Shown here piece by piece: positions 53,037 to 64,000 of a DNA stretch of 64,000 nucleotides; the stretch's first letter is position 1, and every line of letters begins with the position of its first letter. This stretch comes from Paraspadella gotoi (taxonomy: Eukaryota > Animalia > Chaetognatha), in contig JBJCIZ010000744.1 in NCBI GenBank assembly GCA_051294375.1, forward strand, positions 1,602,262-1,666,261. The letters run 5' to 3'. The notes under the pieces were generated by a model. The model was not told where the DNA came from and did not search any database. It worked only from the letters and a program-made list of their open reading frames with translations. The position numbers and the translations under genes are program-made.

Positions 53037-55600
53037 GGCGAAGGAGGAAGAGGAAAAATATGGAGAAAATGGCGGGAAAAAATGGCGGGAAGAATGAGGT
53101 TTGAATGAGATACTCTAGTAGTAAAAGGAGAAGAAAAATCACTCATTGTTTGAAAACTAGGGGAGAGAGAGAGAGAGAGAGAGAGAGGGAGGAACGATGG
53201 TTATTTAGTGTGGGCCCATGCCATGGGAAAGTTGGGGGGGTTGGTTAAAATTGGTAAATTCGTGTTTGGGAAATGGAGATACGCAATTTCCGCGTGAATG
53301 AACTCACTGATGATTAGAAGCTGGGAAATTGGGCATAATGAATGATTGCTTGATAATAATTAGTGATGAAGATTCGAATATTTTGCGATTCTATTATCTA
53401 CGAACGTGGGCGTGTGATTGTGATTGTTTGATCGAATAAATGAGTGATTGAATTGATAAGCGACTGAATGATGGTATAAATGAGGGATTGTGTGATTGTT
53501 TGAATGATTGATTGAATGTGAGGAAAAAATAAATGTAAACCCAACTGCCAATCGCGCGTCTTGGGGCAGTTTTTCGCCCTCAACTAAATAGGATGTCGGG
53601 TGCGCCTTTGACATCAGCTACTTGCGATATCCGTGTCAGCTCTTGTCAATCTCTGGCTTCTCTCATAACAAAAAAAAAAAGATATTATGCCATCGGCAAT
53701 GGTGGGGATTTTTTTCCTATTTCTTGCGGTTTAAGATTTCTTTCTTTATTTTCGTTTGCGGAATCGGATGCGTTGGCTTCTTTTTTTCCATTGGTTGCTG
53801 GGGGTATTATATTATGCTAAACCTCTGGTTCTGTTTTCCGTCACGGTTATTTGTAACTTCTTAGTGTATTAAAGTTTTGTGATAAGTAATACGCTTTCTT
53901 CATTGTAGGGATTGTGAGTGAAAATACTATAATGGTGATGAAGAAATAAGTCGCGACTGCCTCTTTAATTATGCCCGGTTTTTTTTTGGTTTTTTTTTTT
54001 TTTTTTTTTTTTTTTAACACAATGTCGCTGGACGCTTGTTAGTTGTTACTTTTATGTTATTTCGTTTAAAAAAAAAAACAATTTAGTCATTAACGCTGAA
54101 AAAAAAACTTTATTACTTTTAAAAATTGCATCGCAGTTTTAATAATTGATTATTTTCGTTATATATCTTCCCTCGGTTCGATTTTGCATGATGGATAATA
54201 TATGTATCTACTGGGGAGACTGGGTTTCGTTGTACAATTTACAATATTGTACATTTTACTGTAACGAACGGAATCATAATTGAAAGCTCGGAAACTATGA
54301 TTTAAATCACATTTTTTTCCCCTTTTTTTTTTTCAAGCACTCTATTTTGCCATCTGAGGAGGAGGTTACGGGGAACGTAACTCCCCCTTAATTATTACTT
54401 CGCCTTATATAACTTAAATTAAAAAAATATTTCCTATATATTGTCTTTAAATTTTGGTTGACATAAGTTTATTTCCGTCGACCATTTTATTTAATTATGC
54501 TCCCGTTCCCTTTTTTTTAGTTCGCGTTAGAGAATGTCTTTTGTTTCGCTTTTACAGTATCTTAATATTTTATATACATTTCATTTAGTGCGGCATCTAC
54601 TCTTTATGCGATACAGATTTGTTTCCGGACATTTTTTTTCTTTAAAAAACTCAGGATTTTGTCAAGATTTGTTAATATTCGTGAGATGATGAATAAATTA
54701 TATGACTATATTTTATTATATTTCTATGATAAATACTGTAATTGCTTCTGTACTCTCTAGTATCACTGCGTTTCAACTGTAGTAGTTTTATTCTGATTTA
54801 GTATTATCGTTTTCGGCGATTTAGCTTAATATGTTTTTTAAAGAAAGAAAGCGACTCGGGTAAAACAAAACCAAACAAAAATTACTTAAAATATCGGCGA
54901 ACGAATGTAGTATTTTAATCGTAGTATTTTTTTTTTCGATAAAAAAAAAATTGGTTATACATTTTTTTAAAAAGTCTCCGCGGATTTTCATCCTTCTAGT
55001 CGTTGGTTTTTGTTATTTGTCACTTCAATGGCCGAGAATGACAAAATTAATAGATAATATTAATGATAAAATATCCTTTTCCTCGATTGTAGATCCTCTT
55101 TAGCTGAGAACTCGATTTTGTTATTTAAAAAAAACCAAAAAAAAAAAAAGCAAACTTGTGTAATTGTGTAACCGGTTCATATTTCTTTTTGTTGGTGATT
55201 TTTTTTTTGGGGGGGAAACAATTTATTATTACAAAGTATGTATCACTATTTTCTTTTTAAAAAAGAATAAACTTTTTTTTTAAAGAGAGATATTTAACGA
55301 GCTTAAAAGTGTAAATTCTAGTTTTTTAAATTATATCTTTATTCCTATACATTCTCGCACAATCGGTTCTTCGCCGTCGAAATTGTAAAATCAATTTTCT
55401 TTATATGAATAAATAGATTTTGTTAAAAGGAATAAAATGGCGAGAGACGCGTCGAGGACTTATTAAAAGACTGAAGGTGAAGAAACGACGATTGCGTCTC
55501 GAATGATAAACTGCGTCGAACATTAATCCATCCATCCATCCCAACCATCCCATCCATCAATCCATCGATCCATCCATCCATCCATCCGATTTTGTTGACG

Positions 55601-58600
55601 ATGGAGGAAGATGAGGAGATCGAAACGGAGATAAAACATCGCGGGTGAGTTCGAGATACAGGAAATGACATGACATGACGTGGCGGGCGGCCGCATGAGT
55701 TTTTTTTCCCCCTCTTTATCGCGTTAATCCATCCTTTCTTTCACTGTCTCCTTTCTTCCCTTTTCTCCTCTCTCCTCTCTCCACTTTCTTTTCCGCTCCA
55801 CCTCCCCTCTCCTTCGCTTTCATTCTTCCTCTCTCCCTCCCCATCCTTTTTCCTTCTCCATTTCCTCCCACATCCTCCCTCTTTTTCCTCTCCTCCGCCT
55901 TACCTTCCTCCTTTCCCTCTTCTCCGCTCTACCTCCCCTTTTCTTCTTTTTTTTTCTTCTTCCTCTCTCCTCTTCCCATCCTATCTCCCTCTTCCTCTCT
56001 TCTTTCCTAATCTCCTCTTCTCTCCTTTCCCCTCCTCTCTACATCCTGTCTCATTATCCCCCTTCCCCTCCCCTCCCTTCTCCTCCCCTCATTGCCCCCC
56101 CCCCAGCTCCCCCCGCGACGTCCCCCGCCCTTTCCCCTGTGACGCCTGCGGTGGCCTGTTCAAACGCCTCAATCACTACGCGGATCACCTGACTCGATTC
56201 CCCGACGGCGCCTGTCGACCGACGAATCCAGGATCCTCTGCCCGATTTGTCGGCGGAGCTTCTGCGCCAAGGAAGATTTGGCTCGTCACGTCTGCTGGTT
56301 GGTTGCTTGCTTGGTTGTCGTAACGTCGTTGCTTGATTCGTCGTCGTTGGTTAGTTGTCGATGACTGGTCGTCGTCGTTGGTTGATAGCTTGCTTGGTTG
56401 TCGTCGATGATTGGTCGTCGTCGTTGACTGGTCGTCGTTGGTTGGTTGCTTGCTTAGTTGTCGTCGATGATTGGTCGTCGTCGTTGACGACCCCCCCCTA
56501 ATTTCTTCAGCCCCGTACAAATTCCACCCGCGAAGAAGACGATGAAGAGGAAATCCCCGTCCGTCACACGAAATCCACCCAAGCCTTGTGAGTTGTCATT
56601 CATTCATTCGTTCCTTCATTCAGTTCTTTCATTCATTCTACTTCTCTTCTGCAGTCGTCACCGGCCCGTCGTCGTCGTCGTCGCGCGACTGGTCGGCCAA
56701 GTACAAAGGGTGAGGACTTTTGCATTTGAGAGTTTTCTTCCATTTTTCATTTGGACTAATTTAATGAATTAATTTAATTGCGTTAATTAATTAATTAATT
56801 AATTGTGTTTTGGTTTCCTTTTCTTTCTTCAGCCCAGTTTCATCTTTTCGCGAGATACGGATGAAGGAAAGTGGACCTGCGGTGAGAGAGAGAGAGAGAG
56901 AGACACAGAGACAAACAAACAACCAACCAACCAACCAACCAACCAACCAACAAAAAATGAAAAAGAAAGAGAGAGTGACATCAAGAAAGAAAGAGAAACG
57001 GCAAAAAAAAAAGGAAGAAGAAAAAAAAATGCCAATCATCAATTTCTTTCATGTCCTCATTATTTTTTTTCTCTCTCAGATGAGCGAAACCCCGACGTCT
57101 CCGATCGCCACCCTCGCGACACCCGCCACCTCCGCCACCCTCACCACATTCTCCGCCCCCCATGTCGTCGTGAGCGACTCTGGCGCCGGCGCTTACACCT
57201 TGATCGATCTCGACACGGCCGAGACGAGGGTCCTGGAAAATGAGGAAGGTGAAATGACTCCTCATTTGTCGCCGTCGTTTTAGTCGTCCCTATACATCGC
57301 CGATATCGTTGTCGCTCTTGCTCGGATTGTCGTTATTGTTGCCGTTGTTTTAGTCATTCCTATACATCGCCAATATCGTTGTCGCTCTTGATCGGATTGT
57401 CGTTATTGTCGCCGTCATTTTAGTCATTCCTATACATCACCGATATCGTTGTCGCTCTTGCTCGGATCGTCGTTATTATCACCGTCGTTTTAGTCATCCC
57501 TATACATCGTCGATATCGTTGTCGCTCTTGCTCGGATTGTCGTTATTGTCGACGGTCTTTGTTGCAGGGATTTATCCTCGATGCCATTGCCCTTTTTGTC
57601 TTCATTGCTTAAGTCGTCGTCGTCGTTAATGAAACAACGAACTTAACTGAACCTTATCGGAACCTTAACGGAACCTTAACTGTATCTTAACTGAATCTAC
57701 TGCGGAGATCGAAAACGAATCCAGATTTTCTCATTCAGATTCGTCGCAAAGTGAACAACTTCCTTCTTCGTCCGATTCGCGAGAGTCGAGAGCGACGGGT
57801 CTTCCAAAAATCAAGTGCCCTGGTATAAATCTTTGGTATAAATCTTTGGTATAAATCCCTGGTATAAATCTTTTGAGAAAGAATTAGATTTAAATGTAAA
57901 TGTACTTAGTCGGTTTATCTGGCATTTAAAATTCCTTTCGTTATTATTTGAATAAATATAGATTTGTGATACCCATCATGAAGTTATTTTTTACGAATTA
58001 CCCGACTTTAATTGGGTTTAAGTGATGAATTGAAGCTTAGTTTATATAAATCAGATTGCCAAACTCGATGCGAATCCGCCGCCGAATTTTTCTCTCACTC
58101 ATGCGTCGCCTTTGCTCAGCATCAACAGCAAAATACGGGTCAGTTTATCATCATTATTATTATTATTATACATAGTATAGTAAATATTTAAGAACGATGA
58201 AAGGGCTTTTTAATGTTTAGTCTCAACCGTTTTTCTCTTCTTCTTTTGGCGCAGATTTCGGGAACGTTTTAGACTTGACCTTTCAAACATCGCGAAGGTC
58301 AGTTGACAATATTAATTTACAAATATTTAATATTAATTACGTAAAATTATGTACTAAAACGATCGAACATCTCTCAGTCACATTTGCATGGATTGCGGAG
58401 AGACCTTCTCCGAACTTCAAGGCCTCATCGGGCACGCCCTCAATCAACACGGCCACCTTCTCATCGGGTTCCCTTCCGGGCTCAAGGCTTTGACCGGAAC
58501 GGCTCAGTCTGGGGAGCTGGCGCCGGGCCAAGGGGCCGTGCCCATCCAGCCTCTGCCTTCGACGGGATTCGCGTCGTCTTCGGTCGCGGTAAGAGATTAG
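55601..58600 (+). CDS. Dispersed C2H2/C2HC zinc-finger protein, multi-exon (internal exon bounds uncertain)
   Basis: RPFPCDACGGLFKRLNHYADHL (from 56107), IKCP|DCQTRCESAAEFFSHSC, HICMDCGETFSELQGLIGHALNQH (from 58378). Confidence 0.6.
57267..57551. repeat. About 70-bp minisatellite, 4 copies
   Basis: TGTCGCCGTCGTTTTAGTC..CCTATACATCGCCGATATCGTTGTCGCTCTTGCTCGGATTGTCGTTAT in tandem. Confidence 0.9.
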
Positions 58601-59278
58601 AAGAATAGTTGGAGATTAGAATATTTTTAGTAATATTTTTTTTATTTTTAATTATTTTGGTAATAAGCTTCTTACAGAGAAGCGAAGCCGGTGTTTTCTA
58701 TCAGCGCAATGTCGTATTGACAGTGGGAAAGTAAAAAGTGCATTTATGATAGGCCTATGGCTATTAGGGACTATTTTAAGATTTATGAATCGTGCAGTTT
58801 TTTATGATGCAATTGATCTTTCCGATTCGATGCTCTTTTCTTTGTCGATCTCTCAATTCACACGTGCCCATATTCTTCAATGTCCCTCTTTCGGGAAACC
58901 GACGAACTTGTGATTTTCTTTTGTCGTCGAGTCCCATTGTGTTATTGTGTTATTGTACTTTCGTCCATGAATGAATCTCCCAGATTTTTATTTTCATAAT
59001 GAAATATTTGGATGAAAACTAAAAATTTGATACAAGAGATTTAAAAAATGCCAAATGCCAATTAACCTTTGCTTTTTTTTTTTTTGCAATAAAGAAAAAA
59101 GCGGATGTGATCCTTTTTTTATTCACAAACTGTCGCTCCGTTTTTGTTTACATTCGTCGTTCAATTTTTCAACGCTTTTTTAGTGTCGAAAAAAATAACC
59201 AACACCCCGTGACATTCTTTTTGTCTACGTCCGAGAGTCTCTCTCTCTCTCTCCCTCTCTCTCTCACACACTTCGACC

Positions 59279-60514
59279 ATGCCCCGCGTCCGCTACATCG
59301 GGCGCGACCCGATCTACTTTGGCAAAACTCTCTTCGACATCTGCGCCCGATTGGCGGGCAACGGCGTTGGACGGGTCGTCACTCGGGCCTGCGCGCAGGG
59401 GGAACCCAAAGGCGGAAAGATTTTCAGGTGCGACAATAATCTTATTTGGATATTGTCGTAATTTGGTTTATGCTTAAAGATTTAGATTTCTTTCCCTTTA
59501 TGAATACATCTAAGATTTGAAACTTGACAAAGAGGTGCAATGGTTTTTCTAAACTATAAACAAATGCAATTAAAGATTTTGAATTCCACATCTTGTCTCT
59601 TCGTGTCGTTCCATGTTTTTCCCTGTCCAAACTCAGAATCACCGACTGCGCCTACGACTTGACTCCCAGCGGCGAAGCGGCCAAGTTCCGCGTCGGTCGA
59701 GCCTTTGGTTTGGAACTTGGTAAGTTATGGTTGTTGTCCTTGTCGTCTTTATTCAAGCTGATCTCGCTTGGTCATTCGTGTATCTCGTTTGAATAGATCG
59801 CCGATAAACTCAAAAAACCATGAGTACCGCCTAAATGCTAAAAATCTCGGTTCACTTTGTGATTACATTCTTTTATGAAATTGGTACTACCAATATAAAA
59901 ATTATCCATTCATTTAATAAATGAGCTATCTTTCCCCTGGCTTTGGTGGTTTAAGGCCTCCATCACTCTTACAAGATATTGACGTAGCAGGTCCCTGCAA
60001 TCTTTCAATCAAGACTGTCTCACAGTCTCGTTTACTCACTCCCAGAGAACCTGGCTTCCCTATCAATGAAGCTGTCTAATATGTCATTATCTTGTAAGAG
60101 TGATGGAGGCCTTAAACCACCAAAGCCTGTCCAAAGTCAGGGGCAAGATAGCTTATTTATTAAATGAATGGATAATTTTTATATTGGTTGTACCAATTTC
60201 ATTTCAAAGAAAGTTTCAATTTTTGAAAAGACCACTCTCTTAAGTACATTATTTGTTGATTATAAAATATTTGTACAAGTTTCAATAATAAAACCTTTCC
60301 CCCCCCAATCGCGTCTTCATCTTCAGGCCCCAACGGCCTCGTGGATCGCCCCGTGGAGATCGTCGACGCGGACCTCGACGATTGGAGACTCGTTCGCCGC
60401 AAAGACGAAGACGAATTCGTCGCTGAGATCGAAAAACTCAAGAAAATTCACCCCAAAGTTTATTCGGCGTCGACGCCGCCGCCTGTGCTGGAGATGGCGT
60501 TGAAGCGAAAGTAG
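59279..60514 (+). CDS. MRPS34: Mitochondrial ribosomal protein mS34, 3 exons
   Basis: Exons 59279-59427, 59637-59719, 60327-60514. YIGR...FGKTLFDI..L...GVGRVVTR and DWRLVRRKDE..F resemble arthropod mRpS34. Confidence 0.8.
59875..60202. mobile_element. Head-to-head inverted pair of family A repeats
   Basis: Left copy (twister on -, P4/L4 deleted) and right copy (twister on +, intact). Further family A copies at ~812-957, 12405-12475, 12610-12665, 24590-24700, 29688-29773, 40287-40395, 41764-41905, 62810-62955. Confidence 0.8.
60088..60150 (+). ncRNA. Type-P5 twister ribozyme fold, family A, intact, sense in MRPS34 intron 2
   Basis: UAUCUUG(P5) UAA GAGU(P2') GA UGG(T1') AGGCCU(P1) U^AA ACC(P2) AC(T2) CAAAG(P3) C CUG(P4) U CCA(T1) AAGU(T2') CAG(P4') GGG CAAGAUA(P5'). 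Predicted cut between 60113 and 60114. Confidence 0.82.
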
Positions 60515-60733
60515 AGAGACGGACGAACGGATAAACAACTTATTTAAAAATCCTTTTTCTTTTTTATTATTTTTGTCCTGTTGTTTTTTTTCTTACAGGT
60601 TTTAAGTATTTTTTAGTTTCCCCGGGGAACAAAAAGAAAATTCGTATTTCTAGTAGTAATCGCCGAAAGAAAAACCCAGGAAAAAAAAACTAACTAAATT
60701 ATAAATAAACTAAATTAAAAATAAATAAAATAA

Positions 60734-63546
<2,813 letters not shown>

Positions 63547-64000
63547 AGACACGATGGAGTCGATCCCATCTTGACGTCATGTCAAAAAACACTCTGGAAT
63601 CTTTGACGAAAGGACACGAAAATGACATATATATATATATATATCGACGAATTTACGTATTAATAAAAATAAGAATATATTTGACAAAGTCGCACAAAGA
63701 AAAAACCTGGAAATGACATTCATATCGACTCATTGATGAAAACAACTTTACAAATTGATATTCGTATTTATTAGTAATAAAATATCGAATCAAAATAATC
63801 CATATATCCCATTTGTCATGACAGTTGACAATGACCTCAAACTACAAAAAATAACATTTCGACCAACTAATTGAGAAAATAAGAAAAATCACAAATGACA
63901 CTTTGACACGTGGACGAACTGACCACAACCATATCGAAATGACGACGAAAACCAGACTTCATGCATCGTTTTCCGTGCAAGACTCTTATTAATTTCAATT

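Noticed and set aside
53307-53342. CUGAUGA..GAAA hammerhead-like string in the Cdc42 3' region
   Set aside because: Weak stem II, no valid NUH site and no stem I.
59875-60202. MITE with long terminal inverted repeats
   Set aside because: Most copies are single-armed and variably truncated, no TSD is seen and the arm encodes a twister fold; better read as two inverted copies, though a MITE origin is not fully excluded.

Overview
Eukaryotic, most likely invertebrate-animal, genomic DNA: gene-dense, with GC/CpG-rich exons, AT-rich introns and two 10-N gaps (38127-38136, 50166-50175). I can assemble 16 protein-coding genes by eye, all on the + strand: WDR92/DNAAF10, MRPL53, ZFYVE19, SRRD, delta-tubulin, DNAJC19/PAM18, a TM-coiled-coil-RING gene, MMD/PAQR, two paralogous AT-hook/C2H2 zinc-finger genes, BRCC36, MED15, an orphan gene, Cdc42, a third zinc-finger gene, MRPS34 and PRMT1 (17 counting the orphan). 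Two things stand out. (1) The introns carry at least four short repeat families, some with tRNA-derived heads, each containing a circularly permuted (type-P5) twister ribozyme fold with compensatory base changes. In every family the P1 segment is reduced to a 6-8 nt self-complementary palindrome of different sequence. This parallels the palindromic stem III of dimer-acting minimal hammerheads, three of which also occur here, and suggests dimer-gated twister retroelements. (2) WDR92 exon 1 (670-764) lies 10.2 kb upstream of exon 2, so five complete genes appear nested on the same strand inside one intron. All calls are manual; no database search or folding program was run.
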